A stretch of DNA of 64,000 nt from NCBI GenBank assembly GCA_947259335.1, contig CAMYMQ010000437.1, positions 12,617 to 76,616 of the forward strand. The letters are read 5' to 3'. Positions 1 to 9,728 of this stretch are shown piece after piece. Position 1 is the first letter of the stretch; every line of letters starts with the position of its first letter. Source of the DNA: an uncultured Alphaproteobacteria bacterium (lineage in GTDB: Bacteria; Pseudomonadota; Alphaproteobacteria; Bin65). Made by a program: the position numbers and the translations under genes. Below the pieces are notes generated by a model. It had not been told where the DNA came from, ran no database searches, and was given only the letters and a program-made list of their open reading frames with translations.

Positions 1-45
1 GCAGCGCACGAGGCAGAAACGGCAGGTGGTCTTCACGGTCGCCAT
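1..45 (-). CDS. First 15 codons of a gene that runs out of the window. MATVKTTCRFCLVRC resembles the N-terminal CxxCxxxC 4Fe-4S motif of molybdopterin (bis-MGD) oxidoreductases.
   Basis: ATG at 45-43 follows GGGGAAGGGGAACCG (reverse strand of 46-60). C-x2-C-x3-C spacing is present. Only 15 codons are visible. Confidence 0.3.
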   Translation of the reverse strand, partial: MATVKTTCRFCLVRC

Positions 46-190
46 CGGTTCCCCTTCCCCGGTCCTGTGGCACGTCCGGCCCCGGCAACCATTCGTATTC
101 TGGATTTTCGGTTGCGCAAGCACGTGCCGGCAATACGCCTGAATATCATACCCGGCAGGCGCTTGTCATTTCGCCGCGCCTTGCGGTTTT

Positions 191-799
191 TCAGGAGGCC
201 TTGCGCGCCTTCGGCGGCTCCGCCGCGTCGCCCAGGATCAGATCCGTCATCATGTCGATGCAGCGGTCCAGCCGACGCGACCGCCCGACGAGGACATAGT
301 TCACGGCGAAACCGTCGAAGGCCATGAACAGGATATGAGCCAGGGCCGTATCGCCGAATTTCTCGGCGCGATCTTCGGGCAGGCAGGCGACGATGAGGTC
401 CGACAGCTTGCTTTCGGCCCACAAAAGCAGATCGCGCGAATAGCGGTCGTCACGCCCCGAGACGGCCAGCCCCTCGATGAAGGTGTTGCCGAAGCCGCCG
501 TCGGCCGAGGGGAAATACTCCCACATAGTGGCGACGATCTTGCGAAGTCGTGCCCGCGGGTCCCGGATTCCGGAAGCCTCTTCCTCAAGCGCGATGATCT
601 GGTCCTTGAACCAGGGCCCGTAGATGGCGAACAGCAAGGCGAGCTTGGACGGGAAATAGACATACACGTTCGAGGGCGACGTGCCGGCGCGCCGGGCGAT
701 CCCGCGCATGGTCGTCGCCGCGTAGCCGCGCCGCTCCAACTCGTGTCGGGCGCTCTCCAGAATCCGCGCCCGCACGTCGTCCTTCTTTATCTGCACCAT
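191..799 (-). CDS. TetR/AcrR family transcriptional regulator
   Basis: 202-aa ORF. N-terminal HTH RARILESARHELERRGYAATTMRGIARRAGTSPSNVYVYFPSK is typical of TetR_N. ATG at 799-797. Confidence 0.9.
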   Translation of the reverse strand: MVQIKKDDVRARILESARHELERRGYAATTMRGIARRAGTSPSNVYVYFPSKLALLFAIYGPWFKDQIIALEEEASGIRDPRARLRKIVATMWEYFPSADGGFGNTFIEGLAVSGRDDRYSRDLLLWAESKLSDLIVACLPEDRAEKFGDTALAHILFMAFDGFAVNYVLVGRSRRLDRCIDMMTDLILGDAAEPPKARKAS

Positions 800-1190
800 T
801 TCCGAAACGACCTCGAATCGCGACCGCGAGGGGATTGAGACTGCGAGGATGGGTTATCTCGACGAGGCCACGCAAGGGGACATTCCCGCACATCACACAT
901 AGCTTCGCCCACCGACATGAAGATCGACGGCGAAATAGTGGTCGCCCCGCCTGTTCGCCCCCTTGGGGCGGCAAGCACCGAAAGCTTGCGTCGGGCCCGG
1001 CCTGAAGGAAAGTAACCAGGGGTTGCGATAGAAGGTAGCGGATAGCGAGTGTCTGGCGACGGCGCGGTGCGCAACGCGTATCCTGATCGCGGGCGGACCC
1101 GTACCGCCGGGAAGGGCCGCGTGACATCATGCCGCCGCAGGCATTCGCCCCGCTCTCGCAAACCCGCGTAAACGGCGCGCTTGCGTGATA

Positions 1191-1208
1191 TGTAATGTTG
1201 TCGTTACA
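1191..1208. promoter_or_regulatory. Imperfect inverted repeat GTAATG-N4-CGTTAC, a candidate operator in the TetR/SDR divergent region
   Basis: TGTAATGTTGTCGTTACA lies about 32 nt upstream of the SDR ATG (1240). Arm complementarity is only 5/6. Confidence 0.2.
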
Positions 1209-1239
1209 ATAAGATTAATTGAAACGGGACAGTGACCAA

Positions 1240-2064
1240 ATGACTGACACGGCGTCGAGATTCAAGGACAAGGTGGTGGTGATTGCCGGCGGAGCGACGC
1301 TGATCGGGCAGGTCATCGCCAAGGCCTTTCATGCCGAAGGGGCCAAGGTCGCCGTGGGTGACATCGACGAACAGGGCGGCGCGGAACTGCTGGCGGACGT
1401 CGGCGGCGGAGCGGACGGACGCCTGGGTTTTCGCCATCTCGACCTCGCGGACGACGGCAGCATCGCCAGTTTCGTCGAGGAGGCGTCGGACCGCTTCGGC
1501 GGTGTCGACGTCCTCGTCAACATGGCGTGTTCCTACGTCGACGGCGGCGTGGCCTCGACGCGCGACCAGTGGCTGACCGGGCTGGGCATCAACGTGGTCG
1601 GCCCGGCCCTGATGGTCGAGGCGGTCCGCCCGCACATGAAACGCCGGGGCGGCGGCGCCGTCGTCAACATCGCCAGCGTCGCCGGCAAGGGCGCGCGGAG
1701 CGACTTGCTGGTCTACCCCGCGTCCAAGGCGGCCGTGCTGCACATGACCAAATGCATGGCCATGGCGCTCGCCGACGACGGCATTCGAGCCAATACCGTG
1801 TCGCCGAGCTGGACCTGGTCGAAACCCCTGGTCGAGCGCACCGGCAACAAGCGGGAGTGGGCGGCGCGCGCCGCCGAGCCGCTCCACATGCTCAAACGGT
1901 TCGCCGAGCCGGAGGAACTGGCCGCCGGCGTCCTGTTCCTGTGTTCGGATGCGGCCAGCTTCGTGACCGGAACCGATCTTGCGGTCGACGGCGGCTATTC
2001 GTCGATGACGGGCGATCGCGGCGTGTCCTCGGGCAATCACCTGCTTCTCTACCCCGCCGACTAG
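1240..2064 (+). CDS. Short-chain dehydrogenase/reductase (SDR), position typical of a cis-diol dehydrogenase
   Basis: Rossmann motif KVVVIAGGATLIGQVIAKAF and YPASK active-site motif. ATG 1240 is preferred over the upstream TTG 1219. Confidence 0.9.
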   Translation: MTDTASRFKDKVVVIAGGATLIGQVIAKAFHAEGAKVAVGDIDEQGGAELLADVGGGADGRLGFRHLDLADDGSIASFVEEASDRFGGVDVLVNMACSYVDGGVASTRDQWLTGLGINVVGPALMVEAVRPHMKRRGGGAVVNIASVAGKGARSDLLVYPASKAAVLHMTKCMAMALADDGIRANTVSPSWTWSKPLVERTGNKREWAARAAEPLHMLKRFAEPEELAAGVLFLCSDAASFVTGTDLAVDGGYSSMTGDRGVSSGNHLLLYPAD

Positions 2065-2086
2065 CAGCGCGGCACGAGGACCCTCC

Positions 2087-3409
2087 ATGCAAGCACCCTC
2101 GCCGAACGGAGCGAACGGACATGACGGCATCGCGGAGTTGATCCGGCCCGCCGCCGTCCACCGCCGCGTCTACACCGACCCGGAGATCTTCGCGCTGGAG
2201 CGCGAGCGGCTGTTCGGCCAGGCCTGGCTCTATGTCGGGCACGAAAGCCAGGTCGCCAACAAGGGCGACTTCTTCACCACCGAGATGGCCGGTCAGCCGG
2301 TCGTCATGGTGCGGCATTCGGACGGTGCCGTGCACGTCCTCTTCAACCGCTGCGGCCACCGCGGCGCGAAGGTGGTCGGCGAGCGGTCCGGCCGGACCCA
2401 GGCCTTCGTGTGCAGCTATCACGCCTGGTCGTTCGACACCGATGGCACGCTCCGCCACGTGCCCGCCCACGACGGGCCGCGCGCCGGCGACTTCGACATG
2501 CGCGACCCGTGCTTTTCGATGCGCAAGCTGCCGCGGTGCGAGAGCTATCGCGGCTTCGTCTTCGCGAGCCTCGCTGCCGAGGGCCCGGACCTGCGCAGCT
2601 ATCTGGGCGGCGTCCTGGCCCGGATCGACGACATGGTCGACCGCGCGCCCGACGATGAGCTGGAGGTCGCGGGCGGCTGTCACAAGATCGTCCAGAACTC
2701 GAACTGGAAGATCTTTCTCGAAAACACCCACGACGGCCTGCATCCGATGTCGACCCACAAGTCGTCGATCGACGCGAGCCGACGGCAGGGGCGCACTCTG
2801 ACCGGGCCGCCGCCCTTCGCGCTCGACGTCATCATGGCCAACAACCAGACGCTGGAGAACATGGACAAGCTGTCGGTCCATGCCTTCGACTGGGGACACA
2901 GCTATATGGCGGGTTTCCGCAACCCGCGCGGCGAGGACGACCTCTTCAAGGAGTATGTCGCGGCGCTGGAGGCCAAGAAGGGCGCCAAGCGGGCCGAGGA
3001 GATCCTGTCGATCAACTGCCACAACGCGGTGTTCTATCCGAACGCGTCGGTCCAGCCGAGCTTCCTGCAGATGCGGGTGATCTTCCCGATCGCCGTCGAC
3101 CGGACCCGCGTCGAGATGTGGTTCTTCCGCCTGAAGGGCGCGCCGGAGGCCCTGTTCGAGCGGACCATTACCTATGCCAACGTCGTCCACTCGCCGTCGT
3201 CCCTGATCCGGCCCGACGACGTCACCTCCTACGACCGGATTCAGGCCGGGCTGGGCGCCGACGGCGGCGACTGGGTCAGCCAGCACCGCGACCTCGACCG
3301 CGACGAGGTGCTGAACGACGGCCGCCGGTCGAGCGCCGTCAGCGACCTGTCGATGCGCAACCAGTATCGCGCGTGGCTGCGGTTCATGAGCGAAGGCCAG
3401 GCCGCATGA
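2087..3409 (+). CDS. Rieske aromatic-ring-hydroxylating oxygenase, alpha (large) subunit
   Basis: 440 aa. Rieske motif CGHRG...CSYHAWSF and mononuclear-iron motif ENTHDGLHPMSTH. GAGGA lies 6 nt upstream of the ATG. Confidence 0.9.
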   Translation: MQAPSPNGANGHDGIAELIRPAAVHRRVYTDPEIFALERERLFGQAWLYVGHESQVANKGDFFTTEMAGQPVVMVRHSDGAVHVLFNRCGHRGAKVVGERSGRTQAFVCSYHAWSFDTDGTLRHVPAHDGPRAGDFDMRDPCFSMRKLPRCESYRGFVFASLAAEGPDLRSYLGGVLARIDDMVDRAPDDELEVAGGCHKIVQNSNWKIFLENTHDGLHPMSTHKSSIDASRRQGRTLTGPPPFALDVIMANNQTLENMDKLSVHAFDWGHSYMAGFRNPRGEDDLFKEYVAALEAKKGAKRAEEILSINCHNAVFYPNASVQPSFLQMRVIFPIAVDRTRVEMWFFRLKGAPEALFERTITYANVVHSPSSLIRPDDVTSYDRIQAGLGADGGDWVSQHRDLDRDEVLNDGRRSSAVSDLSMRNQYRAWLRFMSEGQAA

Positions 3410-3882
3410 ACGACCGGAGCGAAGCGGAAGCCCTGGTGCACCGCGAGGCACGCCTTCTCGATCTGGGCGACTGGGATGCGTGGCTCGCCCTCTATACCGG
3501 GGATTGCGAATACTGGGTGCCGACCGCCCCGGACCAGACCGACCCGAAGCGGCAGGTGTCGCTGTTCTATGAGGACCGCATCCTCATGGAGACGCGCATA
3601 CGGCGGCTGCGCCATCCGGCGGCGCACTCCCTCGTCATTCCGATCCGGACCAGCCGCGTCGTCAGCGGGGTCACGGTCGGGGAAAGCGACGGACCGGAAG
3701 GCGAGATCACAGCGCTTTCCAGTTTCCTGATGCTCGAACAGCATGGCGAGCGCCAGCGGATGTTTGGCGGTCTGCTGACCCACCGGCTGAGCCGGGAGGA
3801 AGACGGCCTCCGCATCCGGGCCAAGCGGGTCGACCTGACCAACTGCGACGCCACCCACGAAGTCATCGAGATCTTCATCTGA
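3406..3882 (+). CDS. Ring-hydroxylating oxygenase beta (small) subunit, NTF2-like
   Basis: 158 aa. ATG 3406 overlaps the alpha stop codon (ATGA). Beta-subunit-like sequence EARLLDLGDWDAWLALYTGDCEYWVP...LFYEDRILMETRIRRL. Confidence 0.85.
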   Translation: MNDRSEAEALVHREARLLDLGDWDAWLALYTGDCEYWVPTAPDQTDPKRQVSLFYEDRILMETRIRRLRHPAAHSLVIPIRTSRVVSGVTVGESDGPEGEITALSSFLMLEQHGERQRMFGGLLTHRLSREEDGLRIRAKRVDLTNCDATHEVIEIFI

Positions 3883-3916
3883 CCGGCGCCGACCGGTCCC
3901 CCGCGGAGAGGCCCGA

Positions 3917-4654
3917 ATGATCGACCTGTACTATTCCTGGTATTCCATCTGCAGCGAGAAGGTGCTGATCGCCCTGTTCGAGAAGGGGCTCGACTTCGAA
4001 GGGCACCATATCGACCTGTTCGACTTTGCCCAGGTCGAGCCGGAGTACCAGGCGGTCAGCCCGAACGGCACGGTTCCCGTTCTGATCGACAACGGCCGCC
4101 GCGTGCTCGAATGCACGGTCATCAACGAGTATCTGGAGGACGCCTATCCGGAGCCGCGGCTGACGCCGGCCGACCCGGTCGCGCGGGCGGACATGCGCTA
4201 CTGGGTCCAGATGTTCCAGGACAAGGTGTTTCCCGCCGCGGGCGTGCTCAGCCAAGTGCATTTCATCGCCGCGGAGCTGAAGCGGCGCTGGACCCAGGAA
4301 GAGCTCGAGGACCGGATCCGCCGCAAGATCGGCAAGGCGCGCATCGCCCGCCAGCTCCGCGCCGTCCGGGAGGGGTTCTCCGCCGACGATCTCGCCGTCG
4401 CCGAGGAGCAGATCGTTTCCGTGCTCGACGGCGTCGAAGAGGCCCTGTCCGACGGCCGCGACTGGCTGGCCGGCGACTTTTCCCTGGCGGATGCCGCGGC
4501 GGCCCCGAACGTCTATCGTTTCACCATCATCGACCGCAACGACCTGCTGACCGCACGGCCCCGCGTGCTGGCCTGGTCGAAGCGGCTGCTGGAACGGCCC
4601 TCGGTCGTCCGCTGCTACGACTATGCGCCCTCGGTGCGCGAGGACGCGGCATGA
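3917..4654 (+). CDS. Glutathione S-transferase family protein
   Basis: 245 aa. Thioredoxin-like N-domain (SICSEKVLIALFEKGLDFEGHHIDL...NGTVPVLIDNGRRVLECTVINEYLEDAYPEP) followed by a helical C-domain. Confidence 0.85.
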   Translation: MIDLYYSWYSICSEKVLIALFEKGLDFEGHHIDLFDFAQVEPEYQAVSPNGTVPVLIDNGRRVLECTVINEYLEDAYPEPRLTPADPVARADMRYWVQMFQDKVFPAAGVLSQVHFIAAELKRRWTQEELEDRIRRKIGKARIARQLRAVREGFSADDLAVAEEQIVSVLDGVEEALSDGRDWLAGDFSLADAAAAPNVYRFTIIDRNDLLTARPRVLAWSKRLLERPSVVRCYDYAPSVREDAA

Positions 4655-4689
4655 TACCGACCCTCGCGGTCGAGCGGCGATAGCCGGCG

Positions 4690-5754
4690 ATGGCGGATCC
4701 CGTCCTCGTCCTGAAAGCCAGCGAGGCCGCCGGTCTCGTGCCGATGGCCGATGCGATCGAACTGATGCGCGAGGCCTTCGCCGACTTCGGCGCCAAGCGC
4801 GCCTCGATCGTGCCGAGGCACCGCCTCTACGCGCCGATCGAGGATGCCGAGGACCCGACCTGGTTCTGGCTCAACTCCATGCCGGGGCTCGTCCCCTGCC
4901 ACGGGGTCGCGGCCATCCGCCTGAAAGCGGCGCAGACCGTCCACCGGCACGGTCCGGCGGGCCTCGAAACCGGCATCAGCGGCGATTTCGCCGGCCTCGT
5001 CCTGCTCTGGGACATCGAGAGCCGCGCCCTGATCGGCATCCTCCAGGACGAGGGCATCTCGGCCTTGCGCGTCGGCGCGACCAGCGGCCTGGGCGCCGAC
5101 TATCTGGCCCGCCACGACGCCAGGACCATCGGCATTATCGGTTCGGGGCGGCAGGCCGCGGCCCAGATCGAAGCGATCCTGACAGTGCGGCCCGGGATCG
5201 AACGGATCCGGGTCTATTCACGCACCCCGGCGCGGCGGCAGGAATTCGCCGCCGCCCTGACCGGGCGCCATGACGTCGAGGCTGTCGCCGTCGACGATCC
5301 GGAAACCTGCATTGCCGGCGCCGACATCGCGATGGCCGCCACCAACGCCACCGATCCCGTCCTGTTCGGCCGCTGGCTGGCGGAGGGCGCCCACGCGGTC
5401 AGCATGGTCGGCGGCGACCGCTTCGACGGCCGGCGCGAGGTCGACGACGCGGTGGCTGCGCGGTCGGAGCTCATCGCCGTCAACCTGCGCGAACAGATCG
5501 ACATCGACCAGCAGTTCGACATCCTGTCGCCGGTCCGCAAGGGGCTGACCTCCTGGGAGAATATCCTGGAGCTCGGCGAGCTGTGCACGGGGCATCACCC
5601 CGGCCGCACGTCGGCCAGCCAGATCACCTTTCACAGCAACAACGTCGGGCTGGGCATCCAGTTCGCCTCGATCGGCAAACGAGCCCTGGAGATCGCGCGG
5701 GAACAGGGGCTGGGCACCGAGCTCGACCCCGAACTCTTCATGATGCGGCGTTGA
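4690..5754 (+). CDS. Ornithine cyclodeaminase / mu-crystallin family protein
   Basis: 354 aa. Family-typical layout with Rossmann segment IGIIGSGRQAAAQIEAILTVRPGIERIRVYSRT. Confidence 0.85.
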   Translation: MADPVLVLKASEAAGLVPMADAIELMREAFADFGAKRASIVPRHRLYAPIEDAEDPTWFWLNSMPGLVPCHGVAAIRLKAAQTVHRHGPAGLETGISGDFAGLVLLWDIESRALIGILQDEGISALRVGATSGLGADYLARHDARTIGIIGSGRQAAAQIEAILTVRPGIERIRVYSRTPARRQEFAAALTGRHDVEAVAVDDPETCIAGADIAMAATNATDPVLFGRWLAEGAHAVSMVGGDRFDGRREVDDAVAARSELIAVNLREQIDIDQQFDILSPVRKGLTSWENILELGELCTGHHPGRTSASQITFHSNNVGLGIQFASIGKRALEIAREQGLGTELDPELFMMRR

Positions 5755-5768
5755 CCGCTCGCCGACGG

Positions 5769-6557
5769 CTATCGACGGGAAAGCGGTCGGCTCGTCCAGC
5801 CGCCGCCCGGTGCCGACTCGAGTTCGAAGTTGATCCGGCACAGGTCGCTGCGAAGCAGCATGTGACTGTATTCGACGGGCGAACCGCCGGCGTCGAAGGA
5901 CGTTCTCCGAAAGGACATCATCGGCGCCCCGGGAAACGTCTGGAAGGTGGCGCTCAGACGCGCGTCGGCCAGGACAGCGTCGAGATTGAAATGGATGTGA
6001 TCGACCGGCGTGCCCGACCGCTCCCCGAGCCGCTTCAAAAAGCGGGGGGCCATCATGTCCTGTTCGCTCAAGTTTCTCCCGGTGCTCATCGGAACATGGA
6101 CCTTGGCACCGCCGAAGGGTTGTCCTTCCGACCAGAAGAGACGAACGAAGTAAAAGAGTTCCTCGCCGAAGGCGACGTCGAGCGCGGTCTGGACCTGCCC
6201 CCGGGCCGCGACCGTGCCGCTGCGCTGGATCCGGACATCGAGCGGCTCATCGATCTCGGCCAGCTCCGTCAACTTGAAGACCCGGCGCTCCGTCGGGAGT
6301 TCCTCGACGATGTCGTTGACGAAAGTCCCGCGGCCGGCTTCGCGATAGATCAGCTTGTCCTGTTCGAGAATCCGCAACGCCTGGCGGACGGTCGGCCGGC
6401 TGACCTGAAACATCTTGCCCAGCTCTTCCTCGGTCGGGACCTGGTCGCCGGCGGCCAGTTCGCCGGACCAGATCTGGTCGCGCAGGATGGCCTCGATCTG
6501 CCGATAGCGGGGCACGCTGCCCCGGTCCAGGATGCCCCTGGGTCTGGCAATTGTCAT
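5769..6557 (-). CDS. GntR family transcriptional regulator with UTRA-type effector domain (HutC subfamily-like)
   Basis: 262 aa. wHTH YRQIEAILRDQIWSGELAAGDQVPTEEELGKMFQVSRPTVRQALRILEQDKLIYREAGRGTFV followed by a ~170-aa effector domain. Confidence 0.9.
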   Translation of the reverse strand: MTIARPRGILDRGSVPRYRQIEAILRDQIWSGELAAGDQVPTEEELGKMFQVSRPTVRQALRILEQDKLIYREAGRGTFVNDIVEELPTERRVFKLTELAEIDEPLDVRIQRSGTVAARGQVQTALDVAFGEELFYFVRLFWSEGQPFGGAKVHVPMSTGRNLSEQDMMAPRFLKRLGERSGTPVDHIHFNLDAVLADARLSATFQTFPGAPMMSFRRTSFDAGGSPVEYSHMLLRSDLCRINFELESAPGGGWTSRPLSRR

Positions 6558-6627
6558 GGCGCCGCTCTCTCCGTCTGCAAGTCCCGGCGAGAGTATAACC
6601 GAAACGGCGCCGACAACCTGCGATTTA

Positions 6628-6656
6628 TTGACCTATTGTCATTATTTACTTACAAT
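6628..6656 (+). promoter_or_regulatory. Sigma70-type promoter candidate for the TAXI-TRAP operon, with an overlapping dyad
   Basis: TTGACC (6628-6633), 17-nt spacer, TACAAT (6651-6656), 52 nt upstream of ATG 6709. The dyad TGAC-N5-GTCA (6629-6641) overlaps the -35 element. Confidence 0.5.
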
Positions 6657-6708
6657 TTTTCACGTCAATTGCCGTCACAATCGGCTCCGCGATATCAGGG
6701 AGAGTTTC

Positions 6709-7698
6709 ATGACATCCAGGCTTCTAGTTCCGGTTTGCGCGATCGCTTTGGCCAGCGGGCCGGCATTCGCAGCCGATCCCCCGTACAATCTCACGGCCTT
6801 GGGCGGTAGTGCCGCCGGCCTGCTGACGACCATCAATTCGGGCATCGACAAGGCTGTCGCCAAGACGTTTCCCGGTTCGACCATCACCTACCAGACCTCG
6901 GGCGGCGGCCTCGCCAACATCGCCCTGGTCCAGGCCAATCGCGCGCCGCTCGGCTATGTCACGGACGCGGAAATCACGCTGGCCGTCGATGGCGCCAAAC
7001 CCTTCAAGAAGAAGATGGACGGCATCCGGATCATTGCCAAGGTCGCCGGCTGGGTGCCGATGCATTACACCGTGACCAAGGCCTTCGCGGAAAAGTACAA
7101 GCTGAAGGACTTCAGCGACATCGCCAAGGCGAAGCCGCCGATGCGCATGGCCATGCAGCAGCGCGGCAATGTCGTGTCCTTCGTCAGCGAGGACATGCTC
7201 AAGGCGATCGGCGTCACGCCCGCCAACATCAAGGGTTGGGGCGGCCAGGTCCTCTATGTCGGCGGCTCCGAGTTCGCGCCGCTGATGAGCGACGGCCGCA
7301 TCGACATGATGTTCAACGCCACCGGCGTCCGGGGCCGGGTCGCGACCGCGATCGGCCGGGCCGCTGATGTGGTGCAGCTCACCATCAGCAAGGACATCGT
7401 CGAGAAGGTCGCGAAGAAGTGGGGCCTGACCCCCTACACGATCCCCAAGACCGCCTACAAGTGGCAGAATTTCGACCTGCACACCCTGTCTTTCGGCATC
7501 GTCCTGATCGCCAACAAGCAGATGTCGGACAAGACCGCCTACAACCTGACCAAGGCCCTGGTCGAGCAGGTCGATCTGGTCAAGACCGTGCACCCCTTCA
7601 TGCGCAAGCTGACCAAGGAATTCTACGTGTCTCAGTCGCGCGGCGAATACCATCCCGGCGCCGTTCGCTACTACAAGGAAGCCGGCCTTATGAAGTAA
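6709..7698 (+). CDS. TAXI-family TRAP transporter solute receptor
   Basis: In-frame ATG 6709 after AGGGAGAG. Signal peptide MTSRLLVPVCAIALASGPAFA. About 330 aa, TAXI / immunogenic-protein-like sequence. Confidence 0.85.
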   Translation: MTSRLLVPVCAIALASGPAFAADPPYNLTALGGSAAGLLTTINSGIDKAVAKTFPGSTITYQTSGGGLANIALVQANRAPLGYVTDAEITLAVDGAKPFKKKMDGIRIIAKVAGWVPMHYTVTKAFAEKYKLKDFSDIAKAKPPMRMAMQQRGNVVSFVSEDMLKAIGVTPANIKGWGGQVLYVGGSEFAPLMSDGRIDMMFNATGVRGRVATAIGRAADVVQLTISKDIVEKVAKKWGLTPYTIPKTAYKWQNFDLHTLSFGIVLIANKQMSDKTAYNLTKALVEQVDLVKTVHPFMRKLTKEFYVSQSRGEYHPGAVRYYKEAGLMK

Positions 7699-7753
7699 CG
7701 TCGGAAACGACGACGGCGAACCGGCGGCGCACTCCGACGCGAAGAAAGATATC

Positions 7754-9703
7754 GTGGATCAGACTGAATCTACCTGGGGTCGACGCATGCTCGACACCTT
7801 CTTCGCGATCGGAGTCCGCCGCCATTCGCGGGGCGTGGTCGGCGGCCTCATCAAGGCTTACAGCGCCCTGGTGGCCCTCTGGGTGATCTATTCGGTCGCC
7901 TTCGCGATCATCCACCCGTGGCTCATCGCGGCCATCTTCCTGACAGCCATCCTCGGGGTGCTGTTCCTCGTCGTCGGCGCCCGGCCCGGCTCCGACCCCG
8001 AACGGCCGGCGCTCTTCGATTGGCTGCTGTCCGCAATGGCGGTCGCCGCCGGCACCTATTTCGCGCTCAATGCCAACGGCATCGTGAACCGAATTCCCCA
8101 GCTCGACGAACTCAGCGATCTGGCGCTTCTCTCCGGCACGGCCGTCTTCCTGCTCACGATCGAGGCGACCCGGCGCACCACCGGGCTCGGGTTGACCCTC
8201 GTCGTCCTGATCTTTGTCGCCTACAACCTGCTCGGCCACCGCCTCGGCGGCGTCATCGCCCACGGCTATATCAGCTTCGTCGATTTCATCGAGCTGACCG
8301 TCTATACGGCGAACGGCGTGATGGGCGCGCCGATCCGGGTGGCGGCCACCTATGCCTTCATGTTCGTCCTGTTCGGCACTTTCCTCAGCCGCACCGGCGG
8401 CGGCGACTTCTTCTTCAACATGGCGGCGTCGATCGCGGGAAAGAAAACCGGCGGCCCGGCCAAGATCGCGGTGATCTCGTCGGGTCTGTACGGCATGCTG
8501 TCGGGCAGTTCGGTCTCCGATGTCGTGACCACCGGCTCGATCACCATCCCGATGATGAAGAAGATGGGCTATTCGAGCTCCTTCGCCGCGGCGACGGAGG
8601 TGTCGGCGTCGACCGGCGGCAGCCTGATGCCGCCGGTGATGGGCGCAGCGGCCTTCATCATGGTCGAATACACCGGGGTGAGCTATCCGGAGATCGCGCT
8701 CTCCGCCCTGGTTCCCGCCCTGCTCTATTATCTGGCGGTCTATACTCAGGTTCACCTCCGGTCGCAGAAACTGAAGCTGCTGGGCATGCCGGCGGACCAG
8801 ATCCCGAAGTTCAGCCATGTCATGCGCGACGGCTGGGCCTTTATGATCCCGCTCGGCGTTCTGATCGTCGCGCTGGCGCTCGAATACTCACCGACCTTCG
8901 TCGCCCTGTTCGGCACGGGCGCCGTGCTCGCGCTCGCCATTGTCCGCTGGCGGCGCAGCGGGTTCTCTTTCGCAATGCTTTACGACGGCCTGTCGGAAAC
9001 GACCTGGCGGATCCTGACAGCGGCCGGCGCCTGCGCCGCGGCGGGACTGGTCATTGCCGGGCTGACCGTGACCGGCCTGTCGCAGAAGTTCGCGCACCTC
9101 GTCTATGCCATGACGGACGCGTCCCTGTTCCCGACCCTGGCGGTCGCGGCCGCGCTCACGCTGGTCCTCGGCCTCGGCATGCCCGCTGTCAGCGCCTATA
9201 TCCTGTCGGTCATCCTGATCGGGCCGACGCTGACCGGGCTCGGCGTGCCCGCCCTCGCCGCGCACATGTTCGTCCTCTATTACGCCGTCCTGTCGGCGCT
9301 GACCCCGCCGGTCGCCGTCGCCGCCTATGCCGCCTCGGCCATCGCCGAGGGCAATCCGATCCAGATCGCCGCGGCGGCGGTGCGCCTGTCGCTGGTCGCC
9401 TTCATCGTCCCCTTCGCGTTCGTCTACGGGCAAGAACTGCTGCTGATCGGCGAGCCGCTCATGATCGCGGTCGCTGTGGCGACCGCGGCGCTGGGCGTCA
9501 TCGTCCTAGCCGCCGCGGTGGAGGGCTACTTCCGGACCGGCCTGCCCGGCTGGATGCGCCTGCTTGTGGCGGCGGCCGGACTGTGCCTGATCTTCCCGAG
9601 CCTTTATTCCGCGCTCGTCGGCGGCGTCATCGTCGCGGTCCTGGTCCTGACGTCCCAGCTTGTTCGCCAGCGGGCGCGCCGCGCCGGTGCGGAGCCGAGC
9701 TGA
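7754..9703 (+). CDS. TRAP transporter fused permease (TAXI-associated)
   Basis: 649-aa polytopic membrane protein immediately downstream of the TAXI receptor. Start uncertain (GTG 7754 or ATG 7787). Confidence 0.85.
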   Translation: MDQTESTWGRRMLDTFFAIGVRRHSRGVVGGLIKAYSALVALWVIYSVAFAIIHPWLIAAIFLTAILGVLFLVVGARPGSDPERPALFDWLLSAMAVAAGTYFALNANGIVNRIPQLDELSDLALLSGTAVFLLTIEATRRTTGLGLTLVVLIFVAYNLLGHRLGGVIAHGYISFVDFIELTVYTANGVMGAPIRVAATYAFMFVLFGTFLSRTGGGDFFFNMAASIAGKKTGGPAKIAVISSGLYGMLSGSSVSDVVTTGSITIPMMKKMGYSSSFAAATEVSASTGGSLMPPVMGAAAFIMVEYTGVSYPEIALSALVPALLYYLAVYTQVHLRSQKLKLLGMPADQIPKFSHVMRDGWAFMIPLGVLIVALALEYSPTFVALFGTGAVLALAIVRWRRSGFSFAMLYDGLSETTWRILTAAGACAAAGLVIAGLTVTGLSQKFAHLVYAMTDASLFPTLAVAAALTLVLGLGMPAVSAYILSVILIGPTLTGLGVPALAAHMFVLYYAVLSALTPPVAVAAYAASAIAEGNPIQIAAAAVRLSLVAFIVPFAFVYGQELLLIGEPLMIAVAVATAALGVIVLAAAVEGYFRTGLPGWMRLLVAAAGLCLIFPSLYSALVGGVIVAVLVLTSQLVRQRARRAGAEPS

Positions 9704-9728
9704 CCGGCGATTCGATAGAGGTGCTTCG

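Noticed and set aside
956-989. Two back-to-back GC hairpins (CGCCCC-CTT-GGGGCG and GCAAGC-ACCGAAA-GCTTGC) in the 440-nt TetR/SDR intergenic region, and a 32-codon ORF at 917-1015
   Set aside because: There is no U tract on either strand, no ribosome-binding site for the small ORF, and nothing recognisable. Such hairpins are common by chance in GC-rich spacers.
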